Source of the DNA: Microcoleus sp.
GTDB lineage: Bacteria; Cyanobacteriota; Cyanobacteriia; Cyanobacteriales; Microcoleaceae
DNA length: 64,000 bases
Assembly (NCBI GenBank): GCA_042408215.1
Contig: JAYFMW010000030.1
Coordinates: 1 to 64,000 of the forward strand
Reading direction: 5' to 3'
A model generated the notes under the pieces. That model saw only the letters and a list, made by a program, of their open reading frames with translations, had not been told where the DNA came from and did no database searches. This document shows positions 36,901-46,739 of this stretch, in pieces (the first letter of the stretch is position 1; every line of letters begins with the position of its first letter). The position numbers and the translations under genes are program-made.

Positions 36901-39605
36901 TGTCGGACAATCCTAGAAGCAAAACCGAGTATTACAAAAATGGTGATGTCAAAGCTGAGATTGATGAGTTAGGAAATCGCACCGAATACCGCTACGATAA
37001 TAACGGTCGGTTGGTGGAGGTAATTTATCCCGATAATACTCCTACTCTGGCTGACAATCCCCGAACTAAGACAGAATACGATGATTTGGGGCGGACAGTT
37101 GCGAATGTTGATGGTTTGGGACGGGTGACTCGCTACGAGTACGATAATTTGGGACGGTTGGTGAAAACTGTTTATCCCGATGCTACTCCCAACAATTTGT
37201 TAGATAATCCGACTTCTAAGACGGAATACGATAGTTTGGGACGGCGCATTTCTACTACTGACTCGGCTGGTAAAACTGTCAAGTACGAGTACGATGCTTT
37301 AGGTAGGTTGACTGCGGTAGTGCAGACTTTGAATCAGTCGGGAACTAATCCGATTAATTTAAGAACCGAGTACGGTTACGATGAAGCTGGACGGTTGATT
37401 TGGCAGGAGGATGCTGAAGAAAATCGGACTGAGTTTGAGTACGATAAAAACGGGCGTCGGGTTGCTGTAGAATTGCCGCTAACTCAAAGGTCGATTACTA
37501 CTTACGATGAGGTAGGAAACGTTAAGACTGTAACTGATTTTAACGGCAATACTGTTACCTACGGTTACGATGAAGAGAATCGTTTGACGAACAAACAGTT
37601 TTCTGTTATTGGTGAAGTTCCAGTTACGATGACTTACACTCCTAGCGGGCAGATTAAGACTGTTGTTAAGGGGCAGGAAACGACTACTTTTAATTATGAT
37701 GAATTGGGAAGGTTGGTATCGAGAATTGACCCATCAGGGCCGTATTTGGCAAGCGGGGCGACGATTGAGTACGGGTATGATGTCGCTGGCAATCGCACTT
37801 CTGTAAGGACTCCTGCGGGTGTGACTCAGTACGAATATGACGAGCAGAATCGCCTGAAGAAAGTTACCGATCCTGATTTGGCGGTGACGAGTTATTTCTA
37901 CGATGCTGTGGGGAATTTATCGAGGACGCAATTGCCGAATGGGGTTGTGGAAACTCGGGCTTACGATGAGTTGAATCGGTTGAAGTTGTTGGCTTATCAA
38001 AAGGATGGGGCGACGCTTCAAAGCTTTGATTACAGCTTAGATCCTGTCGGTCATCGGCGAGTTGTTACCGAACAAAACGGGCGCAAGGTTGAGTATGAAT
38101 ATGACGATTTGTATCGATTGATAAAGGAGACAATTACTGATTCGGTTCGGGGAAACCGCATGATTAGTTACGGTTATGATGCTGTGGGTAATCGGTTAAC
38201 TAAGACTGATTCTGTTGCTGGGGTGACGAGTTATGTTTATGACGGTAATGACAGGTTGTTGAGGGAGGAGTTGCGGCAGAATGGTGTTTTAGTAAAAACA
38301 ACTGAGTATCGTTACGATGCGAATGGGAATACTACTCGCAAGATTGAAAACGGTACTCAAGAGACGGTTTATACTTGGAATCAAGAGAAGCGTTTGGTTG
38401 GCGTTCAAACTCCTGCTGGCGAGAATATTAGTTATGCTTACGATGCGGATGGGGTGAGGGTAAGCAAGACTGTTAATGGGGTGACGACTGAGTATTTGGT
38501 TGACAGCAATCGGGATTATTCTCAAGTTTTGGAGGAACGGGTTAATGATGCTTTGATTGCTAGTTACGTCTATGGACTGGATTTGATTAGTCAGGAAAGG
38601 GGGAATGCTGATTCGTATTATTTGGTTGATGGGTTGGGCAGTACGAGGGGGTTGACGAATGCGTCGGGGGTGGTGACTGATACTTATAGTTACGATGCGT
38701 TTGGGAATTTAATTGTTTCTGCTAGTGCTACTGCTAATAATTATCTGTTTGCTGGGGAGCAGTTCGATCCTAATTTAGGCGATTATTATCTCAGACAGCG
38801 GTATTATGACCCTGAAACTGGAAGATTTACTCGGCGGGATGCTTATGAGGGAAACTTTGAAGATCCGATAACGTTACACAAGTACCTTTATGGCAATGCT
38901 AACCCAGTAAGCTTCATTGATCCAACAGGTTTTTTCTCCTCTTCGGCAGAGTTTTCGGTTGCAAATAATATTCGCGATACTCTGACAAAAATTTATGGAG
39001 AGGTAGCAAATCAAACCCTAAGCATTATTACAAGTGGCGGTCAATTTGGTCTAGAAGGCCTTGCTAGCCAATTAGCATGGAACCTCGCACCAGCCGTGTT
39101 TGATACTGGTAAGGATTTTATCAAAGCATTTGGGCGTAGTCCAAAAACTTCTTTTGAGCGAGCTAAAATATTTAGACAGACTCTAAACCTTGGAGAATTT
39201 AACCCGAAAGGCAGCCCAAACTTGGCATTTGCTGATATAAGACTTGGTAATAAAGGGCAAGAGTTTTCTGGCACGCTGCTTTCGCTCTCCGGTTCAACTA
39301 GAGTAAGAACTGCACCAGGCAGTGTTATAGAACCCATGCCAGGTTTAGTTGGCAACGTCTCTGGTAGTATAAACAGAAAGCTTACTCCAAGGATGGACAA
39401 TGGGTATTTGAGATCTAAGGATAGTGAAATCAAACTTTTGGAAGTCATAGCTGACAGGTACTCTGACAATCCCTCTATCAAAGGAAAAATTTACCTGTTT
39501 AGCGAACGCTCACCTTGTCAATCATGCAAAGAAGTGATTAGAGACTTTAAAAAGATGTTTCCGAATATTGAGGTTCGAGTAGAATGGAATCACACATTAC
39601 AGTAA
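30966..39605 (+). CDS. Rhs cassette 3 (2879 aa, lacks the N-terminal ~4,090 aa of the main protein): Ig repeats, vWA, Rhs cage, nucleic-acid deaminase toxin
   Basis: Homologous to the main gene from ~13728. AGGA 7 nt before the GTG. DPTG at 38919. Tip RSKDSEIKLLE...IYLFSERSPCQSC (Zn deaminase). Confidence 0.92.
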   Translation: MGAIGTGETGSNTGGETGLYPVKLEASDGQGGKDLQEYSIRVWPDPTNSNPVIVSEPVVRFGLDDKIYRYQLAAVDPDGDRLKYRLVDGPLGALIDGDSGELLWFPENVAPGSKADFTVEVADPRGGKGLQTFRVDAYGALGKIQGAVFDDLNGNGFRDSKLVKGNNPAIVMAIDVSGSTAAPFDGPLGVDDVLKAQVAATLTLIDTLIAQGLGDRVNIGLIPHKESAAIQDMDPTTPGVQPYTTPLADKNNNGIPDIREILASSTYTVPNGHNDFTKAVQAIDLLVPLMPGDKNVIFMSDGYGALDATVAALVGADLKTKGIGLTAFGIGKYSTLDTIKKLDPDAVILTDIDQLSSVFGGFDPRYTLEPLMENVPVYLDINNNGILDPNEPKQLTKKDDSESNLGKTNYQFTFDNLVPGTYKVRTVAPSGYTQTAPSTSVFTDTVTTAGQTFTHLFGVHKGSQELPNSDPTFLTAAPTTKLKAGESLVYRALASDPDADEVTYGLVLNPDGMSVDPKNGTVVWTPTATQVEEYYKELRATRDRLIAFGRGDSAPQAVKFNVVLRASDGKGGQALQYVEVELIPPNNPPVFTSAAPSKEQPQAGKRFEYRAVAEDADGDNIVYTILPGAPIGAAINATTGLVTWTPTAGQLGTNSFTVKATDSKGSEAKLEVPLRVIEAIPNRPPDITSSPRTVARIGNGYFYKLAATDPDGNPITFTLVSKPAGMTVDAEGLVSWIPTASQTGPIAVSVLASDGFGGSDTQSWTVNVSNSAVNRPPSITSTPDTVTNLERVYRYQLTGTDPEGDYLLWSLDNAPKGMVIDAKTGSLSWQPTPEQIGEQTIAVRVTDAKGSYVGQEFSLKVTGINTPPAIVSVPVTVAGINQTYKYQVIGTDPENDALRYSLGTKPSGMKIDARTGLIEWTPGTNAVGSHEVEVLATDTQGAVGNQKFAVSVGTAAINGPPTVVSTPVFAASLGSQYSYTVQATDPDGGSLTYQLLKAPMGMAINPATGLLTWDNPTAGNHQIVVGAVDAGGLGAAQGFTLTARANSTPVIPNIPPQQVASGQPYRYDLKANDAEGDLLAYSLLQSPSGMTVDELGRISWVPKSNDVGTTQPVQIAVTDTFGKTVTVSYNLSVVADTSAPKVNIVASKNTVNLGDSVTFTVNAVDNVKVESLGLTINGTPVVLDAQGQASVKVNNLGSITAVATAKDAAGNAGTATQVVAAIDTSDVNAPTINISLEDDAEITAPVNIVGTISDSNLAYYTLEVAPVGGGQIPGDGGGFKEVYRGTAAVTNGTIATFDPTVLANGAYVLKFTAFDANGNGSTTERTVNVAGDLKLGNFRLSFTDLSVPVAGIPINVTRTYDSLNANNSDDFGYGWRMEFRDTDLKTSLKADPIYEELGINTVAFDSKTKVFITLPGGKRETFTFKPTPSHLNQYLGAAGPGAAMYKPAFESQKGSTVTLTVKDANLIRNEYGEYYGVNGQPFNPENPAFGSVYVLTTLEGLVYEIDAKSGDLLTATDANGNKLTFSDAGIASSTGKSVTFERDAAGRIVGVVDPDGKKVKYEYDAKGDLVAVKDRENNTTRFEYGDEDRPHFLTEVIDSLGRSGVKTEYDDSGRLKQMIDANGSAVELVYDPNNSIQKVKDVFGKETTYVYDSRGNVLTEIDPLGKRIDRTYDADNNVLTESVITTELNAAGNPVEVRQKTEWTYDAKGNKLTEKDPLGNVSRWTYNSRGQVLTETDALGNTATYTYSPSGNLLSTKDAKGNVTKFSYDMRGNLITFTDAANKVTNFTYDGSGNVLSVEDASGNKTTFTYDNSGNRLTETRTVTTPSGIQQLVTQSTYDSNGKVKSTTDALDRVTKYEYDGNGNQIAVIDARNNQTEYRYDSKGQLVETIYPDNTPSNSADNSRTINIYDKGGRLRATIDSDKQVTHYNYDDAGRLVETIYADGVDSLGQLASELAPGKTPATIDWTQVIYPDIAPAFLSDNPRSKTEYYKNGDVKAEIDELGNRTEYRYDNNGRLVEVIYPDNTPTLADNPRTKTEYDDLGRTVANVDGLGRVTRYEYDNLGRLVKTVYPDATPNNLLDNPTSKTEYDSLGRRISTTDSAGKTVKYEYDALGRLTAVVQTLNQSGTNPINLRTEYGYDEAGRLIWQEDAEENRTEFEYDKNGRRVAVELPLTQRSITTYDEVGNVKTVTDFNGNTVTYGYDEENRLTNKQFSVIGEVPVTMTYTPSGQIKTVVKGQETTTFNYDELGRLVSRIDPSGPYLASGATIEYGYDVAGNRTSVRTPAGVTQYEYDEQNRLKKVTDPDLAVTSYFYDAVGNLSRTQLPNGVVETRAYDELNRLKLLAYQKDGATLQSFDYSLDPVGHRRVVTEQNGRKVEYEYDDLYRLIKETITDSVRGNRMISYGYDAVGNRLTKTDSVAGVTSYVYDGNDRLLREELRQNGVLVKTTEYRYDANGNTTRKIENGTQETVYTWNQEKRLVGVQTPAGENISYAYDADGVRVSKTVNGVTTEYLVDSNRDYSQVLEERVNDALIASYVYGLDLISQERGNADSYYLVDGLGSTRGLTNASGVVTDTYSYDAFGNLIVSASATANNYLFAGEQFDPNLGDYYLRQRYYDPETGRFTRRDAYEGNFEDPITLHKYLYGNANPVSFIDPTGFFSSSAEFSVANNIRDTLTKIYGEVANQTLSIITSGGQFGLEGLASQLAWNLAPAVFDTGKDFIKAFGRSPKTSFERAKIFRQTLNLGEFNPKGSPNLAFADIRLGNKGQEFSGTLLSLSGSTRVRTAPGSVIEPMPGLVGNVSGSINRKLTPRMDNGYLRSKDSEIKLLEVIADRYSDNPSIKGKIYLFSERSPCQSCKEVIRDFKKMFPNIEVRVEWNHTLQ

Positions 39606-39665
39606 CAATGAAAATTGCATATTTTTCAGCACCGACTAAAGCTTTGTTATACAAGTATAATGCTT

Positions 39666-39694
39666 TTGCATAAATGATTTAAGCTTGCTATAAT
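39666..39694 (+). promoter_or_regulatory. Sigma70 promoter TTGCAT-N17-TATAAT with extended -10 (TGcTATAAT)
   Basis: Perfect -10, TG extension and 17-nt spacer in the toxin-immunity intergenic gap. Confidence 0.65.
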
Positions 39695-39729
39695 AAAGCT
39701 GGCTAGGATGGTGGAGAATTTACCAAAAG

Positions 39730-40221
39730 TTGATAAAATTTATGTATCTTGAGAAATTCAAAGCACGGTTCGCAGAGTTACAGCATTTATTTCCATACAA
39801 ATTGTTGTCTTGTACGGAGGAACAAATCCACTCCCTTGAACGACAATATGGGCTAACTCTTCCTATGGCTTATAAACAGTTTCTACTGTGGGGAGGGGTT
39901 TGCGCCGGAGGACTTTTTGAAGGTTCTAACTATTCTTATGACGATCTTTCAGAACTGCGAGAAGGAGCTGAAGGACTTTTGGAGAGGGATGAGTTTCCAG
40001 AGCCACTTCCAAAAGACGCATTCGTACTTATGATGCATCAAGGTTATATATTTTGGTTGTTCAAAACTTCTGAGGGTGACGATCCACCCGTTTATGGTTA
40101 TGAAGAGCGTGACGTAGGAGTTCCACCAGTTCCTTTCAAAAAAATCTCTTCTAGCTTCAGTAAATTTTTAGAAGAAGCATTAGAAGAAGCATCTAATAGA
40201 CTCAAAAGGTTGCAAGAATAA
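39730..40221 (+). CDS. SMI1/KNR4 (SUKH) immunity protein (alternative start ATG 39742)
   Basis: CTEEQIHSLERQYGLTLPMAYKQFL...HQGY.F...GDDPPVY; follows the deaminase toxin. Confidence 0.88.
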   Translation: MIKFMYLEKFKARFAELQHLFPYKLLSCTEEQIHSLERQYGLTLPMAYKQFLLWGGVCAGGLFEGSNYSYDDLSELREGAEGLLERDEFPEPLPKDAFVLMMHQGYIFWLFKTSEGDDPPVYGYEERDVGVPPVPFKKISSSFSKFLEEALEEASNRLKRLQE

Positions 40222-40289
40222 ATTAGTGGAATCGCAATTCTTTTAGATTAGTTTCTCAAAGTTCCTCCGCTGAATTGGTACTGGCACCC

Positions 40290-43200
40290 CTCGGCATGGC
40301 ATTCGACACCAGCCGGCATGACATTCTCCGAAGGACTGATTAGTTGGACACCCGGAGTCTCCCAGCAAGGAACCTATCCCATCACCGTCAGAGTTAGCGA
40401 CGGTTTGGGAGGTTTAGCTACTCAAACATTCAACCTAACAGCCGATAATATTGCCAACAATCGCCCACCGAGTATTGATTCTACTCCCGCAGAACAAATT
40501 ACCAATCTCGCCAAGCTTTATCAATACAATTTGACTGGTAGCGATGCGGATGGAGACAGGTTGCTGTGGAGTTTAGACAAAGCACCATCCGGGATGATTG
40601 TTGACCCCCTATCTGGTTCTTTACGCTGGCAGCCGACGGCGGAACAAGTGGGAGAACATACTGTTTCTGTAAGAACAATTGACGGCAACGGTGGTTATGC
40701 AGTTCAAGAATTCAGTCTGACTGTCAGGGGAATAAATACGCCACCTACTATTGTTTCTAATCCTCCAACTTCATCTGCAACAGGACAAGTTTATACCTAT
40801 GCAGTTGCGGCTAAAGATTTGGAAAATGACCCGCTGACTTTCAGTTTAGTCAGCCATCCTGTCGGCATGGCAATTGACAGCAACGGCAGGATTCAATGGA
40901 CTCCGAATCCTACTCAAATCGGGCAGCATTCTGTGGAAGTTGCGGTGACTGATAAGCAGGGGGCAATTGCTACTCAAACTTTTACTGTCACTGCCGGAAC
41001 TACTGCTATCAACCTTCCCCCAACAATCACTTCCACACCTACATTCACAGCCTCACCAGGACGCCCTTACAGCTACCAAGTAACTGCCGCCGATGCTGAC
41101 GGTACTATCTCGCAATACCAGTTATTGCAATCTCCTACTGGGATGACAATTAATTCAGCTACTGGTGTTGTTACTTGGAACAATCCGACTGCTGGAAACC
41201 ATCAAGTGGTAGTCGGGGCTGTTGACAATTCGGGTACGGGTGCAGCCCAAGGTTTTGAGTTAATTGCCAGGGCTAATTCAGCAGCGGTTGTGCCAACTAT
41301 TCCGATTCAATCTGTTTCGCCCGGTGCCAGTTATCGCTACGATTTGAAGGCGACTGATGCGAAGGTCGATTTGTTGACTTTTGCTTTAATTCAATCTCCC
41401 AGCGGCATGACAGTTGATGAATTCGGGCGGATTAGTTGGAAGCCGAATGCGGATAATATCGGCAATCATCCGGTTTCTGTTAAGGTGACTGATACTTTTG
41501 GAGAAAGCGTTACTGTTTCTTACAATTTAAGCGTTGTCGCCGATACTGTCGCCCCTAAAGTCAACCTAATTGCTAGCAATAATACCGCTAATCTTGGTGA
41601 TTCCGTCACCTTCACCGTTAATGCTGTCGATAACGTGAAAGTCGAGTCTTTAGGCTTAACTATCAACGGCACTCCTGTTGCTATAGATGCACAAGGAAGA
41701 GCAACTGTCAAGTTAAATAACTTAACTCCCATCACGGCAATTGCCACTGCTAAAGATGCGGCCGGAAATGTGGGGAATGCGACTCAAGTTGTCAGGGCGA
41801 TTGACACTACTGATGTCAATGCGCCAATTATCAACATCAATTTAGCGGATGATGTTGATGTTTCTGCACCTCTGGTAATTCGAGGTACGATAACTGACAG
41901 CAATTTGGATTACTATACTTTGTCAGTAGCCCCGGTTGGTAGCAGTCAATTTAAGGAAGTTTATCGGGGAACTACTGCTGTCAATAATGGAGTAATTGCG
42001 ACATTTGACCCGACTGTTTTGGCTAACGGCGCTTACACTCTCAAATTCACTGCCTTTGATACTAACGGCAACGGTTCTACTACTGAAAGAACGGTCAATG
42101 TTGCGGGTGATTTGAAGTTGGGGAATTTCCGCTTATCCTTTACCGATTTGACGGTTCCGGTGGCGGGAATTCCGATTAACGTGACTCGGACTTACGATTC
42201 TTTGAATGCCAACAATAGCGATGATTTCGGTTACGGCTGGCGGATGGAGTTCCGGGATACTGATTTGAAGACTTCGCTAAAAGCTGACCCGATTTACGAA
42301 GAATTGGGCATCAATACCGTAGCATTTGACAGCAAGACTAAGGTATTCATCACCTCATCACTTCATCACCCTACCCGGAGGTAAGCGGGAAACCTTTACT
42401 TTTAAGCCGACTCCGAGTCATTTGAATCAGTATTTAGGGGTGGCTGGGCCGGGGGCTGCGATGTACAAGCCGGCTTTTGAGTCTCAAAAGGGTTCGACGG
42501 TGACTCTGACGGTTAAGGATGCGAATTTGATACGGAATGAGTACGGCGAGTATTACGGAGTTAACGGGCAGCCCTTCAATCCCGAAAATCCTGCCTTTGG
42601 TAGTGTTTATGTGTTGACTACCCAAGAGGGATTGGTTTACGAGATTGATGCTAAAACTGGAGACTTGCTGACTGCTACTGATGCGAATGGGAATAAGCTG
42701 ACTTTTAGCGATGCGGGGATTGCAAGTTCGACTGGTAAGTCGGTGACTTTTGAGAGGGATGTTGCGGGGAGGATTGTCAGTGTTGTTGACCCGGATGGGA
42801 AGAAGGTTAAGTACGAATACGATGCGAAGGGGGATTTGGTTGCCGCCACCGACCAAGAGCAAAACAAAACAGAATTCGTTTACAACACCGCTCGACCTCA
42901 CTATTTAGAAAAAGTCATCGACCCGCTAGGAAACACGGGAGTCAGAACTGAATACGATGACAAAGGTCGCTTGAAGAAAATAATTGACGCAGACGGCGAC
43001 CCCGTAGAGTTGATTTACGACCCAGACAACTCAATTCAAACCGTCAAAGATGCTTTCGGCAATCCCACTACCTATGTCTACGATTTGCGCGGCAATGTTG
43101 TCAAACAAGTCAATGCGTTAGGTCAAGAAACTAACTTCAAGTACGACGATAACAACAATTTAATCGAAACAAAAGATGCCGCCGGATTGGTAGCAAAATA

Positions 43201-46200
43201 CACCTATGACGCTAGCGGCAATCTCTTATCCCGTACCGAACCCTACTGCGGCTGTCCGGGTACGGTGCCTGGAATCACTAACTACACCTACAATAAATAC
43301 GGTCAGCCTACCTCCATTGTCATGCCAACAGGGGCATCCATAAAAATGGAGTACGATCGCGCTGGCAATATGCTAAAAATGCACGATGGACTCGGTAATG
43401 TCATCCAATCCTACGTCTACGATTCCCAAGGTCGAGTCGTTCAAGAAACCGATACCTTCGGCACTACTTATTACGGCAATTTCGATGCTTTTGGCAACCC
43501 CCGCTGGACGAAAGATGCGTCGGGTAACGAAACAACAATGACTTACAACGCTAAAGGTTTGTTGGAAACCATGACTGAAAATGGCGTTACTTCTACCTTC
43601 CAATATGACGGGCTTGGACGGCAAACCAGAGCTGACTACGGTGACGGTCTGTGGGTAGAATACGATTATGAAGGAGCAAGAGCAGATTGGACGACTGTAG
43701 AAGCCCCAACTATCGGCCGCATCGAACGCAAGTTTACGGATGACGGGAAGTTGGGAGGTTGGGTGACGAACGGCGGCGGCGAAATTAAATTTACCTACAA
43801 TGAAGCAGGTCAGTTGGAAACGGAAACTGACCCTAACGGTAGCGTTACCCGGTACGGCTACGACCAAATTGGCAGGGTTAAAAGCGTCAAAGATGAATCG
43901 ACGGGGGTGGAAACTATCTACCACTACGACGCGCTGGTAGGCGTTGACCCCGACCCAGGCGTAGCAGATAATTTGATAAGTAAGTTAGCAGGAACAACTG
44001 TGGTTTTGGATGCCAACACCCGCTACACGACCAGCTATACTTACAACTCTAACGGTCAGATGAAAACTATGACTGACCCGCGCGGTCAGGTCTGGAAGTA
44101 CCGCTACAATTCCAATGGAACGACAGTTATCGACCCGTTGGGAAGAGAGACAACTTCAGTACAGTCTCCTAATTACTTGCCCGTTGAAACGATTTATCCC
44201 GACGGAACCAAGTCGAAAGTTGAGTATCTTTTCAGCAACAACTTGCAGGAAGCGAAAGATTATCCGACTCGAATTGTAGACCGGGGCGGCAATGACCGCA
44301 AGTTTACTTACGATGATTTGGGACGGTTGAAGACGGTTACGGATTTGGGCGATGCTGTCTATACTTATCACTACGGTGAAAGCGGGTTGGAACGAGTGAC
44401 CGGGCCGAATCAAGCAACTTTGCTGTCCTATCAGTACGAGGATGGAAATCTCAAGAAAATTATCTATCCCGATGGCGGTGAAAAGGAATTTATTTACAAT
44501 TCACTTACCAACCGCCTCGAACAAATGAAGTTGCCCCAGCGGAGTAACTGTAAGTTACGAGTATGATGCGGCGGGACAGGAAAAGCGCAGGGTTTCCACA
44601 TTGGATGGAGAAGTTGTTTCTAACTGGGATGCAGAAACCGGTCAGCTTTTAAGCGTGACGGATGCTGCGGGAACGACTGCGTATCACTACGACCCCGATA
44701 CGGGTGCGCTGGCAGGTTTGGATTATCCTAATGGCGGCAGCATTCGCTACGAACGAGATGGTTTGGGTCGAGTTGAGAAGGTTGCGGTTAAAGCTGATAA
44801 GACTGCGCCTGATTCTACTGCTTACATAACTGAATACAGGTACGATGCGAATGGCAATGCGGATCGAGTGAAGGCAACTTCTCCCGGCGGTCAAGTGTTA
44901 GAAACTGCGATGGTTTATGATGAAGTAAACCGCCTCAAAGAAAGGACTTTGCCGAATGGGGTGAAGACGGTTTACCAGTACCAGGATAAGACTGATTTGG
45001 TTGAGAAGATTACTCATTTTGCTCCTGATGGGGTGACGGTGTTGGCATCTGTTGCTTACGAACGTAAGGGAATTGGAGAACCGACTAAGATTACTAGGGA
45101 AGATGGTTCTTATGTCAGGTTGGAGTACGATGCTTCGCTGCGGGTGGATAAGGAAAGTTATTACAGTGCGGCTGGGGTTTTGTTGCAGGAGATTGATTAC
45201 GGTTACGATGCTGCTGGCAACCGTCAAGTTGTATCAAACGGTTTGGCTGCGGGGACTTACAGTTACGAGAATGTCAATCAGCTTGCTTCGGTGACGAATG
45301 GGTCGAATGTGGAGACTTATACTTATGATGCTGGGGGACGGGTGGATGTTGTTAATAGAAATGGGGTGATTCGGGATTTTGATTACAATAGTGATAATTT
45401 GATTTCGCAGGTGAAGGATGCTGCGGGAAATGTGTTAGTTGAGTACGATTATGATAGTTCTGGTCGCAGGGTTGAGGTGAAGAGTGCGGCGGGTGAAAGG
45501 GATTATCTGGTTGCGCCTTCAATGGGTGATGGTTTGGAGTCGCCGCAGTTGGTGATGGATGGGAATGGTAATGCTAGTGGGTGCTTATGTGTATGCAGGA
45601 AATCAGCCGTTGATGCGGTTTGATGGCAGCGGGAATCCGGTTTATTATTTGACTGATGCGATGGGTTCGGTGATTGGGTTGGCGGGTGCTAGCGGTCAAG
45701 GTGTTGCTAAGTTTAATTATGATAGTTTTGGCAACCTAAAAAGTTCGTCTGGGACAGCAGCTTCTTTACCTGGGAATGCAGGTGGGGATTTCCGGTTCCA
45801 GGGTCAGTGGTTGGATGAGGAGACTGGTTTGTATAATTTCCGGGCTCGGTATTACGATCCTGAAACGGGGCGGTTTATGAGTTACGATCCGATAGATTTG
45901 ATTGAGATGGAGCCGGAGAGCAGCAATCCCTATCAGTTTGTTTACAACAACCCTCACGTTTATAGCGATCCGACTGGGATGTTTTCGATTATGGAACTTA
46001 ATGCAACAATAAGCGTACAAGATGCACTTAGCGCTTTAAAAACTTATGCCAGCAACGAAATCAAAGGCTACTTTAAAAATAAAATAGGCGAAGCTATGGC
46101 GGATTCATTCACTGGAATTGTCAAGCGTCTTCTGCCCTTCGCTGGTTTTGAGTTGGACCAACTTCCTGGGCAATTCAAAGATGGCACTAAGTTTGAGAAT

Positions 46201-46713
46201 TTCCTTAAAGGACAAATTTGCGGAATCTTTAATAGTGTAGGCGGACCTTTTCTAAATCGCTTGTGGTTAGAGCCAGGCGTCCTACAAGATGGGACACCAA
46301 CCCACGTAGGATTAAATTGCCAGGAATTATTCATTGAGGCAGACAGAAAAGCTTTTGGTACGTTAAAAAATATTGGGGGTTCGCGACCCGACTTCATCTT
46401 CAAAGAAGGCTCTCCTATGGATACAAATAATAAAGCTTATCTAATTGGAGATGTCAAATTAACTTTGCATGCGGCGCTGAAAGATATAACTGGTATAGGA
46501 AAGAAAAATTCTCCCTCTAAGCAGTGGACAGCCATTCGAGCATATGCTGAGAAAAACGTATTGCCAAAAACGGCTCTTTATATTACATTCAAACATGAAA
46601 GTAGCGGAGGAGGTAAACTTTCCGCTCAAGAAGAACAACAAGCAATTGCAAAAGCGGCAAAGAGTGCCTTCGACAAAGGAGTGTTACTGATCCTTGCTAA
46701 TCTTGTTGATTAA
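40290..46713 (+). pseudogene. Rhs cassette 4, 5'-truncated and broken by three +1 frameshifts (ORFs 40318-42384, 42326-44566, 44601-45623, 45559-46713); tip is a PD-DXK nuclease-like toxin
   Basis: Continuous Ig/Rhs homology across frame changes at ~42355 (16-nt insertion), ~44534 (CCCC run) and ~45572. DPTG at 45967. Tip SRPDFIF...LIGDVKL. Confidence 0.85.
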
Positions 46714-46739
46714 CTAATTTTTTAGGGATATTAAAAACC

